This document shows positions 12,001 to 25,753 of a DNA stretch of 64,000 bases, piece by piece (the first letter of the stretch is position 1; every line of letters starts with the position of its first letter). The stretch comes from the human T2T-CHM13v2.0 reference genome, Homo sapiens. The translations under genes and the position numbers were made by a program. The notes under the pieces are model-generated. The model was not told the origin of the DNA. It made no database searches and was given only the letters and a program-made list of their open reading frames with translations. The stretch lies in assembly GCF_009914755.1 (NCBI RefSeq), contig NC_060942.1; one strand, written 5' to 3'.

Positions 12001-15000
12001 TCGTTGGAAACGGGAATACATATAAAAAGCAGACAGCAGCATTCTCAGAAACTTGTTTGTGATGATTGCATTCAAGTCACAAAATTGAACATTCCCTTTC
12101 ACAGAGCAGGTTTGAAACACTCTTTTTGTAGTGTGTGTAAGTGGACATTTGGAGCGCTTTCCGGCCTAAGGTGAACGAGGAAATATCTTCCCATAAAAAC
12201 TAGACAGAAGCATTCTCAGAAACTTACTCGTGATGTGTGTCCTCAACTAAAGGAGTAGAACCTTTCTTTTCATAGAGAAGTTTTGAAGCGCTCTTTTTGT
12301 GGAATCTGCAAGTGGATATTTGGCTAGTTTTGAGGATTCGTTGGAAGCGGGAATTCATACAAATTGCAGACTGCAGCGTTCTGAGAAACATATTTGTGAT
12401 GTTTGTATTCAGGACACAGAGTTGAACATTCCCTTTCATAGAGCAGGTTTGAATCACTCCTTTTGTAGTATCTGGAAATGGACATTTGGAGCGCTTTCAG
12501 GCCTATGTTGGAAAAGGAAATATCTTCCCATAACAACTAGACAGAAGCATTCTCAGAAACTTGTTTGAGATGTATGTACTCAACTAAGAGAATTGAACCA
12601 CCGTTTTGAAGGAGCAGTTTTGAAACACTCTTTTTCCGGAATCTGCAAGTGGATATTTGGCTAGCTTTGGGGATTTCGCTGGAAACGGGAATACATATAA
12701 AAAGGACACAGCAGCGTTCTGAGAAACTGCTTTCTGATGTTTGCATTCAATTCAAAAGTTGAACACTCCCTTTCATAGAGCAGTCTTGAAACAGCCCTTG
12801 TGTAGTATCTGGAACTGGACATTTGGAGCGCTTTCAGGGCTAAGGTGAAAAAGGAAATATCTTCCCATAAAAACTGAACAGAAGCATTCTCAGAAACTTG
12901 TTTATGCTGTATCTACTCAACTAACAAAGTTGAACCTTTCTTTTGATAGAGCAGTTTTGAAATGCTCTTTTTGTGGAATCTGCAAGTGGATATTTGGCTA
13001 GGTTTGAGGATTTCGTTGGAAGCGGGAATTCATACAAATTGCAGACTGCAGCGTTCTGAGAAACATCTTTGTGATGTTTGTATTCAGGACACAGAGTTGA
13101 ACATTCCCTATCATAGAGCAGGTTGGAATCACTCCTTTTGTAGTATCTGGAAGTGGACATTTGGAGCGCTTTCAGGCCTATGTTGAAAAAGGAAATATCT
13201 TCCCATAACAACTAGACAGAAGCATTCTCAGAAACTTGTTTGAGATGTGTGCCCTCTACTGACACAGTTGAACCTTTCTTTTCATAGAGCAGTTTCGAAA
13301 CACTCTTTTTGTAGAATCTGCAAGAGGATATTTGCATAGCTTTGAGGATTTCGTGGGAAACGGGATTGTCTTCAGATAAAATCTAGACAGAAGCATTCTC
13401 AGAAACTTCTTTGGGATGTTTGCATTCAAGTCACAGAGTAGAACATTCCCTTTGGTAGAGCAGGTTTGAAACACTCTTTTTTTAGTATATGGAAGTGGAC
13501 ATTTGGAACGCTTTCAGGCCTACGTTGGAAAAGGAAATATCTTCCCATAACAACTAGACAGAAGCATTCTCAGAAACTAGTTTCTGATGTGTGTCCTCAA
13601 CTAACACAGTTGAACATTTCTTTAGACAGAACAGTTTTGAAACACTCTTTTTGTGGAATCTGCAAGTGGATATTTGGCTAGATTTGAGGATTTCGTTGGA
13701 AACGGGAATACATATAAAAAGCAGACAGCAGCATTCTCAGAAACTTGTTTGTGATGATTGCATTCAAGTCACAGAATTGAACATTCCCTTTCACAGAGCA
13801 GGTTTGAAACACTCTTTTTGTAGTGTGTGTAAGTGGACATTTGGAGCGCTTTCCGGCCTAAGGTGAACGAGGAAATATCTTCCCATAAAAACTAGACAGA
13901 AGCATTCTCAGAAACTTACTCGTGATGTGTGTCCTCAACTAAAGGAGTAGAACCTTTCTTTTCATAGAGAAGTTTTGAAGCGCTCTTTTTGTGGAATCTG
14001 CAAGTGGATATTTGGCTAGTTTTGAGGATTCGTTGGAAGCGGGAATTCATACAAATTGCAGACTGCAGCGTTCTGAGAAACATCTTTGTGATATTTGTAT
14101 TCAGGACACTGAGTTGAACATTCCCTTTCATAGAGCAGGTTTGAATCACTCCTTATGTAGTATCTGGAAGTGGACATTTGGAGCGCTTTCAGGCCTATGT
14201 TGGAAAAGGAAATATCTTCCCATAACAACTAGACAGAAGCATTCTCAGAAACTTGTTTGAGATGTATGTACTCAACTAAGAGAATTGAACCACCGTTTTG
14301 AAGGAGCAGTTTTGAAACACTCTTTTTCCGGAATCTGCAAGTGGATATTTGGCTAGCTTTGGGGATTTCGCTGGAAGCGGGAATACATATAAAAAGCACA
14401 CAGCAGCGTTCTGAGAAACTGCTTTCTGATGTTTCCATTCAATTCAAAAGTTGAACACTCCCTTTCATAGAACAGTCTTGAAACAGCCGTTGTGTAGTAT
14501 CTGGAACTGGACATTTGGAGCGCTTTCAGGGCTAAGGTGAAAAAGGAAATATCTTCCCATAAAAACTGGACAGAAGCATTCTCAGAAACTTGTTTATGCT
14601 GTATCTACTCAACTAACAAAGTTGAACCTTTCTTTTGATAGAGCAGTTTTGAAATGCTCTTTCTGTGGAATCTGCAAGGGGATATTTGGCTAGGTTTGAG
14701 GATTTCGTTGGAAGCGGGAATTCATACAAATTGCAGACTGCAGCGTTCTGAGAAACATCTTTTTGATGTTTGTATTCAGGACACAGAGTTGAACATTCCC
14801 TATCATAGAGCAGGTTGGAATCACTCCTTTTGTAGTATCTGGAAGTGGACATTTGGAGCGCTTTCAGGCCTATGTTGAAAAAGTAAATATCTTCCCATAA
14901 CAACTAGACAGAAGCATTCTCAGAAACTTGTTTGTGATGTGTGCCCTCTACTGACACAGTTGAACCTTTCTTTTCATAGAGCAGTTTTGAAACACTCTTT

Positions 15001-18000
15001 TTGTAGAATCTGCAAGAGGATATTTGCATAGCTTTCAGGATTTCGTGGGAAACGGGATTGTCTTCAGGTAAAATCTAGACAGAAGCATTCTCAGAAACTT
15101 CTTTGGGATGTTTGCATTCAAGTCACAGAGTAGAGCATTCCCTTTGGTAGAGCAGGTTTGAAACACTCTTTTTGTAGTGTGTGTAAGTGGACATTTGGAG
15201 CGCTTTGAGGCCTACGTTGGAAAAGGAAATATCTTCCCATAACAACTAGACAGAAGCATTCTCAGAAACTAGTTTCTGATGTGTGTCCTCAACTAACACA
15301 GTTGAACATTTCTTTAGACAGAACAGTTTTGAAACACTCTTTTTGTGGAATCTGCAAGTGGATATTTGGCTAGATTTGAGGATTTCGTTGGAAACGGGAT
15401 TACATATAAAAAGCAGACAGCAGCATTCTCAGAAACTTCTTTGTGATGATTGCATTCAAGTCACAGAATTGAACATTCCCTTTCACAGAGCAGGTTTGAA
15501 ACACTCTTTTTGTAGTGTGTGTAAGTGGACAGTTGGAGCGCTTTTCGGCCTAAGGTGAACAAGGAAATATCTTCCCATAAAAACTAGACAGAAGCATTCT
15601 CAGAAACTTACTCGTGATGTGTGTCCTCAACTAAAGGAGTAGAACCTTTCTTTTCATAGAGAAGTTTTGAAACGCTCTTTTTGTGGAATCTGCAAGTGGA
15701 TATTTGGCTAGTTTGGAGGATTTCCTTGGAAGCGGGAATTCATACAAATTGCAGACTGCAGCGTTCTGAGAAACATCTTTGTGATGTTTGTATTCAGGAC
15801 ACAGAGTTGAACATTCCCTATCATAGAGCAGGTTGGAATCACTCCTTTTGTTGTATCTGGAAGTGGACATTTGGAGCGCTTTCAGGCCTGTGTTGGAAAA
15901 GGAAATATCTTCCCATAACAACTAGACAGAAGCATTCTCAGAAACTTATTTGAGATGTGTGTACTCAACTAAGAGAATTGAACCACCGTTTTGAAGGAGC
16001 AGTTTTGAAACACTCTTTTTCTGGAATCTGCAAGTGGATATTTGGCTAGCTTTGTGGATTTCGCTGGAAGCGGGAACACATATAAAAAGCACACAGCAGC
16101 GTTCTGAGAAACTGCTTTCTGATGTTTGCATTCAAGTCAAAAGTTGAACAATCCCTTTCATAGAGCAGTCTTGAAACACCCCTTTTGTAGTATCTGGAAC
16201 TGGACATTTGGAGCGCTTTCAGGGCTAAGGTGCAAAAGGAAATATCTTCCCATAAAAACTGGACAGAAGCATTCTCAGAAACTTGTTTATGCTGTATCTA
16301 CTCAACTAACAAAGTTGAACCTTTCTTTTGATAGAGCAGTTTTGAAATGCTCTTTTTGTGGAATCTGCAAGTGGATATTTGGCTAGGTTTGAGGATTTCG
16401 TTGGAAGCGGGAATTCATACAAATTGCAGACTGCAGCGTTCTGAGAAACATCTTTGTGATGTTTGTATTCAGGACACAGAGTTGAACATTCCCTATAATA
16501 GAGCAGGTTGGAATCACTCCTTTTGTAGTATCTGGAAGTGGACATTTGGAGCGCTTTCAGGCCTATGTTGAAAAAGGAAATACCTTCCCATAACAACTAG
16601 ACAGAAGCATTCTCAGAAACTTGTTTGTGATGTGTGCCCTCTACTGACACAGTTGAACCTTTCTTTTCATAGAGCACTTTCGAAACACTCTTTTTGTAGA
16701 ATCTGCAAGAGGATATTTGCATAGCTTTGAGGATTTCGTGGGAAACGGGATTGTCTTCAGGTAAAATCTAGACAGAAGCATTCTCAGAAACTTCTTTGGG
16801 ATGTTTGCATTCAAGTCACAGAGTAGAACATTCCCTTTGGTAGAGCAGGTTTGAAACACTCTTTTTGTAGTGTGTGTAAGTGGACATTTGGAGCGCTTTC
16901 AGGCCTACGTTGGAAAAGGAAATATCTTCCCATAACAACTAGACAGAAGCATTCTCAGAAACTAGTTTCTGATGTGTGTCCTCAACTAACACAGTTGAAC
17001 ATTTCTTTAGACAGAACAGTTTTGAAACACTCTTTTTGTGGAATCTGCAAGTGGATATTTGGCTAGATTTGAGGATTTCGTTGGAAACGGGATTACATAT
17101 AAAAAGCAGACAGCAGCATTCTCAGAAACTTCTTTGTGATGATTGCATTCAAGTCACAGAATTGAACATTCCCTTTCACAGAGCAGGTTTGAAACACTCT
17201 TTTTGTAGTGTGTGTAAGTGGACATTTGGAGCGCTTTCCGGCCTAAGGTGAACAAGGAAATATCTTCCCATAAAAACTAGACAGAAGCATTCTCAGAAAC
17301 TTACTCGTGATGTGTGTCCTCAACTAAAGGAGTAGAACCTTTCTTTTCATAGAGAAGTTTTGAAACGCTCTTTTTGTGGAATCTGCAAGTGGATATTTGG
17401 CTAGTTTGGAGGATTTCGTTGGAAGCGGGAATTCATACAAATTGCAGACTGCAGCGTTCTGAGAAACATCTTTGTGATGTTTGTATTCAGGACACAGAGT
17501 TGAACATTCCCTATCATAGAGCAGGTTGGAATCACTCCTTTTGTAGTATCTGGAAGTGGACATTTGGAGCGCATTCAGGCCTGTGTTGGAAAAGGAAATA
17601 TCTTCCCATAACAACTAGACAGAAACATTCTCAGAAACTTATTTGAGATGTGTGTACTCAACTAAGAGAATTGAACCACCGTTTTGAAGGAGCAGTTTTG
17701 AAACACTCTTTTTCTGCAATCTGCAAGTGGATATTTGGCTAGATTTGGGGATTTCGCTGGAAGCGGGAATACATATAAAAAGCACACAGCAGCGTTCTGA
17801 GAAACTGCTTTCTGATGTTTGCATTCAAGTCAAAAGTTGAACAATCCCTTTCATAGAGCAGTCTTGAAACAGCCGTTGTGTAGTATCTGGAACTGGACAT
17901 TTGGAGCGCTTTCAGGGCTAAGGTGAAAAAGGAAATATCTTCCCATAAAAACTGGACAGAAGCATTCTCAGAAACTTGTTTATGCTGTATCTACTCAACT

Positions 18001-21000
18001 AACAAAGTTGAACCTTTCTTTTGATAGAGCAGTTTTGAAATGCTCTTTCTGTGGAATCTGCAAGGGGATATTTGGCTAGGTTTGAGGATTTCGTTGGAAG
18101 CGGGAATTCAAATTGCAGACTGCAGCGTTCTGAGAAACATCTTTTTGATGTTTGTATTCAGGACACAGAGTTGAACATTCCCTATCATAGAGCAGGTTGG
18201 AATCACTCCTTTTGTAGTATCTGGAAGTGGACATTTGGAGCGCTTTCAGGCCTATGTTGAAAAAGTAAATATCTTCCCATAACAACTAGACAGAAGCATT
18301 CTCAGAAACTTGTTTGTGATGTGTGCCCTCTACTGACACAGTTGAACCTTTCTTTTCATAGAGCAGTTTTGAAACACTCTTTTTGTAGAATCTGCAAGAG
18401 GATATTTGCATAGCTTTGAGGATTTCGTGGGAAACGGGATTGTCTTCAGGTAAAATCTAGACAGAAGCATTCTCAGAAACTTCTTTGGGATGTTTGCATT
18501 CAAGTCACAGAGTAGAGCATTCCCTTTGGTAGAGCAGGTTTGAAACACTCTTTTTGTAGTGTGTGTAAGTGGACATTTGGAGCGCTTTGAGGCCTACGTT
18601 GGAAAAGGAAATATCTTCCCATAACAACTAGACAGAAGCATTCTCAGAAACTAGTTTCTGATGTGTGTCCTCAACTAACACAGTTGAACATTTCTTTAGA
18701 CAGAACAGTTTTGAAACACTCTTTTTGTGGAATCTGCAAGTGGATATTTGGCTAGATTTGAGGATTTCGTTGGAAACGGGATTACATATAAAAAGCAGAC
18801 AGCAGCATTCTCAGAAACTTCTTTGTGATGATTGCATTCAAGTCACAGAATTGAACATTCCCTTTCACAGAGCAGGTTTGAAACACTCTTTTTGTAGTGT
18901 GTGTAAGTGGACAGTTGGAGCGCTTTCCGGCCTAAGGTGAACAAGGAAATATCTTCCCATAAAAACTAGACAGAAGCATTCTCAGAAACTTACTCGTGAT
19001 GTGTGTCCTCAACTAAAGGAGTAGAACCTTTCTTTTCATAGAGAAGTTTTGAAACGCTCTTTTTGTGGAATCTGCAAGTGGATATTTGGCTAGTTTGGAG
19101 GATTTCGTTGGAAGCGGGAATTCATACAAATTGCAGACTGCAGCGTTCTGAGAAACATCTTTGTGATGTTTGTATTCAGGACACAGAGTTGAACATTCCC
19201 TATCATAGAGCAGGTTGGAATCACTCCTTTTGTTGTATCTGGAAGTGGACATTTGGAGCGCTTTCAGGCCTGTGTTGGAAAAGGAAATATCTTCCCATAA
19301 CAACTAGACAGAAGCATTCTCAGAAACTTATTTGAGATGTGTGTACTCAACTAAGAGAATTGAACCACCGTTTTGAAGGAGCAGTTTTGAAACACTCTTT
19401 TTCTGGAATCTGCAAGTGGATATTTGGCTAGCTTTGTGGATTTCGCTGGAAGCGGGAACACATATAAAAAGCACACAGCAGCGTTCTGAGAAACTGCTTT
19501 CTGATGTTTGCATTCAAGTCAAAAGTTGAACAATCCCTTTCATAGAGCAGTCTTGAAACACCCCTTTTGTAGTATATGGAACTGGACATTTGGAGCGCTT
19601 TCAGGGCTAAGGTGAAAAAGGAAATACCTTCCCATAAAAACTGGACAGAAGCATTCTCAGAAATTTGTTTATGCTGTATCTACTCAACTAACAAAGTTGA
19701 ACCTTTCTTTTGATAGAGCAGTTTTGAAATGCTCTTTTTGTGGAATCTGCAAGTGGATATTTGGCTAGGTTTGAGGATTTCGTTGGAAGCGGGAATTCAT
19801 ACAAATTGCAGACTACAGTGTTCTGAGAAACATCTTTGTGATGTTTGTATTCAGGACACAGAGTTGAACATTCCCTATCATAGAGCAGGTTGGAATCACT
19901 CCTTTTGTAGTATCTGGAAGTGGACATTTGGAGCGCTTTCAGGCCTATGTTGAAAAAGGAAATATCTTCCCATAACAACTAGGCAGAAGCATTCTCAGAA
20001 ACTTGTTTGAGATGTGTGCCCTCTACTGACACTATTGAACCTTTCTTTTCATAGAGCACTTTCGAAACACTCTTTTTGTAGAATCTGCAAGAGGATATTT
20101 GCATAGCTTTGAGGATTTCGTGGGAAACGGGATTGTCTTCAGGTAAAATCTAGACAGAAGCATTCTCAGAAACTTCTTTGGGATGTTTGCATTCAAGTCA
20201 CAGGGTAGAACATTCCCTTTGGTAGAGCAGGTTTGAAACACTCTTTTTGTAGTGTGTGTAAGTGGACATTTGGAGCGCTTTCAGGCCTACGTTGGAAAAG
20301 GAAATATCTTCCCATAACAACTAGACAGAAGCATTCTCAGAAACTAGTTTCTGATGTGTGTCCTCAACTAACACAGTTGAACATTTCTTTAGACAGAACA
20401 GTTTTGAAACACTCTTTTTGTGGAATCTGCAAGTGGATATTTGGCTAGATTTGAGGATTTCGTTGGAAACGGGATTACATATAAAAAGCAGACAGCAGCA
20501 TTCTCAGAAACTTCTTTGTGATGATTGCATTCAAGTCACAGAATTGAACATTCCCTTTCACAGAGCAGGTTTGAAACACTCTTTTTGTAGTGTGTGTAAG
20601 TGGACATTTGGAGCGCTTTCCGGCCTAAGGTGAACAAGGAAATATCTTCCCATAAAAACTAGACAGAAGCATTCTCAGAAACTTACTCGTGATGTGTGTC
20701 CTCAACTAAAGGAGTAGAACCTTTCTTTTCATAGAGAAGTTTTGAAACGCTCTTCTTGTGGAATCTGCAAGTGGATATTTGGCTAGTTTGGAGGATTTCG
20801 TTGGAAGCAGGAATTCATACAAATTGCAGACTGCAGCGTTCTGAGAAACATCTTTGTGATGTTTGTATTCAGGACACAGAGTTGAACATTCCCTATCATA
20901 GAGCAGGTTGGAATCACTCCTTTTGTAGTATCTGGAAGTGGACATTTGGAGCGCTTTCAGGCCTATGTTGGAAAAGGAAATATCTTCCCATAACAACTAG

Positions 21001-21682
21001 ACAGAAGCATTCTCAGAAACTTATTTGAGATGTGTGTACTCAACTAAGAGAATTGAACCACCGTTTTGAAGGAGCAGTTTTGAAACACTCTTTTTCTGGA
21101 ATCTGCAAGTGGATATTTGGCTAGCTTTGGGGATTTCGCTGGAAGCGGGAATACATATAAAAAGCACACAGCAGCGTTCTGAGAAACTGCTTTCTGATGT
21201 TTGCATTCAAGTCAAAAGTTGAACACTCCCTTTCATAGAGCAGTCTTGAAACACCCCTTTTGTAGTATCTGGAACTGGACATTTGGAGCGCTTTCAGGGC
21301 TAAGGTGAAAAAGGAAATATCTTCCCATAAAAACTGGACAGAAGCATTCTCAGAAACTTGTTTATGCTGTATCTACTCAACTAACAAAGTTGAACCTTTC
21401 TTTTGATAGAGCAGTTTTGAAATGCTCTTTTTGTGGAATCTGCAAGTGGATAGTTGGCTAGGTTTGAGGATTTCGTTGGAAGCGGGAATTCATACAAATT
21501 GCAGACTGCAGCGTTCTGAGAAACATCTTTGTGATGTTTGTATTCAGGACACAGAGTTGAACATTCGCTATCATAGAGCAGGTTGGAATCACTCCTTTTG
21601 TTGTATCTGGAAGTGGACATTTGGAGCGCTTTCAGGCCTATGTTGAAAAAGGAAATATCTTCCCATAACAACTAGGCAGAAG
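3072..21682 (+). repeat. Run of eleven consecutive 10-mer HORs (1689-1693 bp)
   Basis: Monomer a starts at 3072, 4763, 6455, 8147, 9840, 11531, 13223, 14915, 16608, 18297 and 19990. Each unit reads a-j. Small indels explain the length differences. Confidence 0.93.
3416..16951 (+). repeat. Tandem duplication of a four-HOR block (period 6768 bp)
   Basis: Private variants recur at +6768: cgggattaaataaaaaagc (3552/10320), gataagtttttaaaccc (~3814/10582), ggaagaggac (5031/11799), the gaggattcg 1-bp deletions (~5565/12333 and ~7257/14025), ggacagttgg (8759/15527) and ccctataata (9723/16491). Boundaries are approximate. Confidence 0.92.
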
Positions 21683-24600
21683 CATTCTCAGAAACTTGTT
21701 TGTGATGTGTGCCTTCTACTGACACAGTTGAACCTTTCTTTTCATAGAGCACTTTCGAAACACTCTTTTTGTAGAATCTGCAAGAGGATATTTGCATAGC
21801 TTTGAGGATTTCGTGGGAAACGGGATTGTCTTCAGGTAAAATCTAGACAGAAGCATTCTCAGAAACTTCTTTGGGATGTTTGCATTCAAGTCACGGAGTA
21901 GAACATTCCCTTTGGTAGAGCAGGTTTGAAACACTCTTTTTGTAGTGTGTGTAAGTGGACATTTGGAACGCTTTCAGGCCTACATTGGAAAAGGAAATAT
22001 CTTCCCATAACAACTAGACAGAAGCATTCTCAGAAACTAGTTTCTGATGTGTGTCCTCAACTAACACAGTTGAACATTTCTTTGGACAGAACAGTTTTCA
22101 AACACTCTTTTTGTGGAATCTGCAAGTGGATATTTGGCTAGATTTGAGGATTTCTTTGGAAACGGGATTACATATAAAAAGCAGACAGCAGCATTCTCAG
22201 AAACTTCTTTGTGATGATTGCATTCAAGTCACAGAATTGAACATTCCCTTTCACAGAGCAGGTTTGAAACACTCTTTTTGTAGTGTGTGTAAGTGGACAT
22301 TTGGAGCGCTTTCCGGCCTAAGGTGAACAAGGAAATATCTTCCCATAAAAACTAGACAGAAGCATTCTCAGAAACTTACTCGTGATGTGTGTCCTCAACT
22401 AAAGGAGTAGAACCTTTCTTTTCATAGAGAAGTTTTGAAACGCTCTTTTTGTGGACTCTGCAAGTGGATATTTGGCTAGTTTGGAGGATTTCGTTGGAAG
22501 CGGGAATTCATACAAATTGCAGACTGCAGCGTTCTGAGAAACATCTTTGTGATGTTTGTATTCAGGACACAGAGTTGAACATTCCCTATCATAGAGCAGG
22601 TTGGAATCACTCCTTTTGTAGTATCTGGAAGTGGACATTTGGAGCGCTTTCAGGCCTATGTTGAAAAAGGAAATATCTTCCCATAACAACTAGGCAGAAG
22701 CATTCTCAGAAACTTGTTTGTGATGTGTGCCTTCTACTGACACAGTTGAACCTTTCTTTTCATAGAGCAGTTTCGAAACACTCTTTTTGTAGAATCTGCA
22801 AGAGGATATTTGCATAGCTTTGAGGATTTCGTGGGAAACGGGATTGTCTTCAGGTAAAATCTAGACAGAAGCATTCTCAGAAACTTCTTTGGGATGTTTG
22901 CATTCAAGTCACAGAGTAGAACATTCCCTTTGGTAGAGCAGGTTTGAAACACTCTTTTTGTAGTGTGTGTAAGTGGACATTTGGAGCGCTTTCAGGCCTA
23001 CGTTGGAAAAGGAAATATCTTCCCATAACAACTAGACAGAAGCATTCTCAGAAACTAGTTTCTGATGTGTGTCCTCAACTAACACAGTTGAACATTTCTT
23101 TAGACAGAACAGTTTTGAAACACTCTTTTTGTGGAATCTGCAAGTTGATATTTGGCTAGATTTGAGGATTTCGTTGGAAACGGGATTACATATAAAAAGC
23201 AGACAGCAGCATTCTCAGAAACTTCTTTGTGATGATTGCATTCAAGTCACAGAATTGAACATTCCCTTTCACAGAGGAGGTTTGAAACACTCTTTTTGTA
23301 GTGTGTGTAAGTGGACATTTGGAGCGCTTTCCGGCCTAAGGTGAACAAGGAAATATCTTCCCATAAAAACTAGACAGAAGCATTCTCAGAAACTTACTCG
23401 TGATGTGTGTCCTCAACTAAAGGAGTAGAACCTTTCTTTTCATAGAGAAGTTTTGAAACGCTCTTTTTGTGGAATCTGCAAGTGGATATTTGGCTAGTTT
23501 GGAGGATTTCGTTGGAAGCGGGAATTCATACAAATTGCAGACTGCAGCGTTCTGAGAAACATCTTTGTGATGTTTGTATTCAGGACACAGAGTTGAACAT
23601 TCCCTATCATAGAGCAGGTTGGAATCACTCCTTTTGTAGTATCTGGAAGTGGACATTTGGAGCGCTTTCTGCCCTATGTTGGAAAAGGAAATATCTTCCC
23701 ATCACAACTAGACAGAAGCATTCTCAGAAACTTATTTGAGATGTGTGTACTCAACTAAGAGAATTGAACCACCGTTTTGAAGGAGCAGTTTTGAAACACT
23801 CTTTTTCTGGAATCTGCAAGTGGATATTTGGCTAGCTTTGGGGATTTCGCTGGAAGCGGGAATACATATAAAAAGCACACAGCAGCGTTCTGAGAAACTG
23901 CTTTCTGATGTTTGCATTCAAGTCAAAAGTTGAACACTCCCTTTCATAGAGCAGTCTTGAAACACCCCTTTTGTAGTATCTGGAACTGGACATTTGGAGC
24001 GCTTTCAGGGCTAAGGTGAAAAAGGAAATATCTTCCCATAAAAACTGGACAGAAGCATTCTCAGAAACTTGTTTATGCTGTATCTACTCAACTAACAAAG
24101 TTGAACCTTTCTTTTGATAGAGCAGTTTTGAAATGCTCTTTTTGTGGAATCTGCAAGTGGATATTTGGCTAGGTTTGAGGATTTCGTTGGAAGCGGGAAT
24201 TCATACAAATTGCAGACTGCAGCGTTCTGAGAAACATCTTTGTGATGTTTGTATTCAGGACACAGAGTTGAACATTCCCTATCATAGCGCAGGTTGGAAT
24301 CACTCCTTTTGTAGTATCTGGAAGTGGACATTTGGAGCGCTTTCAGGCCTATGTTGAAAAAGGAAATATCTTCCCATAACAACTAGGCAGAAGCATTCTC
24401 AGAAACTTGTTTGTGATGTGTGCTCTCTACTGACACAGTTGAACCTTTCTTTTCATAGAGCACTTTCGAAACACTCTTTTTGTAGAATCTGCAAGAGGAT
24501 ATTTGCATAGCTTTGAGGATTTCGTGGGAAACGGGATTGTCTTCAGGTAAAATCTAGACAGAAGCATTCTCAGAAACTTCTTTGGGATGTTTGCATTCAA

Positions 24601-25753
24601 GTCACAGAGTAGAACATTCCCTTTGGTAGAGCAGGTTTGAAACACTCTTTTTGTAGTGTGTGTAAGTGGACATTTGGAGCGCTTTCAGGCCTACGTTGGA
24701 AAAGGAAATATCTTCCCATAACAACTAGACAGAAGCATTCTCAGAAACTAGTTTCTGATGTGTGTCCTCAACTAACACAGTTGAACATTTCTTTAGACAG
24801 AACAGTTTTGAAACACTCTTTTTGTGGAATCTGCAAGTGGATATTTGGCTAGATTTGAGGATTTCGTTGGAAACGGGATTACATATAAAAAGCAGACAGC
24901 AGCATTCTCAGAAACTTCTTTGTGATGATTGCATTCAAGTCACAGAATTGAACATTCCCTTTCACAGAGCAGGTTTGAAACACTCTTTTTGTAGTGTGTG
25001 TAAGTGGACATTTGGAGTGCTTTCCGGCCTAAGGTGAACAAGGAAATATCTTCCCATAAAAACTAGACAGAAGCATTCTCAGAAACTTACTCGTGATGTG
25101 TGTCCTCAACTAAAGGAGTAGAACCTTTCTTTTCATAGAGAAGTTTTGAAACGCTCTTTTTGTGGAATCTGCAAGTGGATATTTGGCTAGTTTGGAGGAT
25201 TTCGTTGGAAGCGGGAATTCATACAAATTGCAGACTGCAGCGTTCTGAGAAACATCTTTGTGATGTTTGTATTCAGGACACAGAGTTGAACATTCCCTAT
25301 CATAGAGCAGGTTGGAATCACTCCTTTTGTAGTATCTGGAAGTGGACATTTGGAGCGTTTTCAGGCCTATGTTGAAAAAGGAAATATCTTTCCATAACAA
25401 CTAGACAGAAGCATTCTCAGAAACTTATTTGTGATGTGTGCCCTCTACTGACACAGTTGAACCTTTCTTTTCATAGAGCACTTTCGAGACACTCTTTTTG
25501 TAGAATCTGCAAGAGGATATTTGGATAGCTTTGAGGATTTCGTGGGAAACGGGATTGTCTTCAGGTAAAATCTAGACAGAAGCATTCTCAGAAACTTCTT
25601 TGGGATGTTTGCATTCAAGTCACAGAGTAGAACATTCCCTTTGGTAGAGCAGGTTTGAAACACTCTTTTTGTAGTGTGTGTAAGTGGACATTTGGAGCGC
25701 TTTCAGGCCTACGTTGGAAAAGGAAATATCTTCCCATAACAACTAGACAGAAG

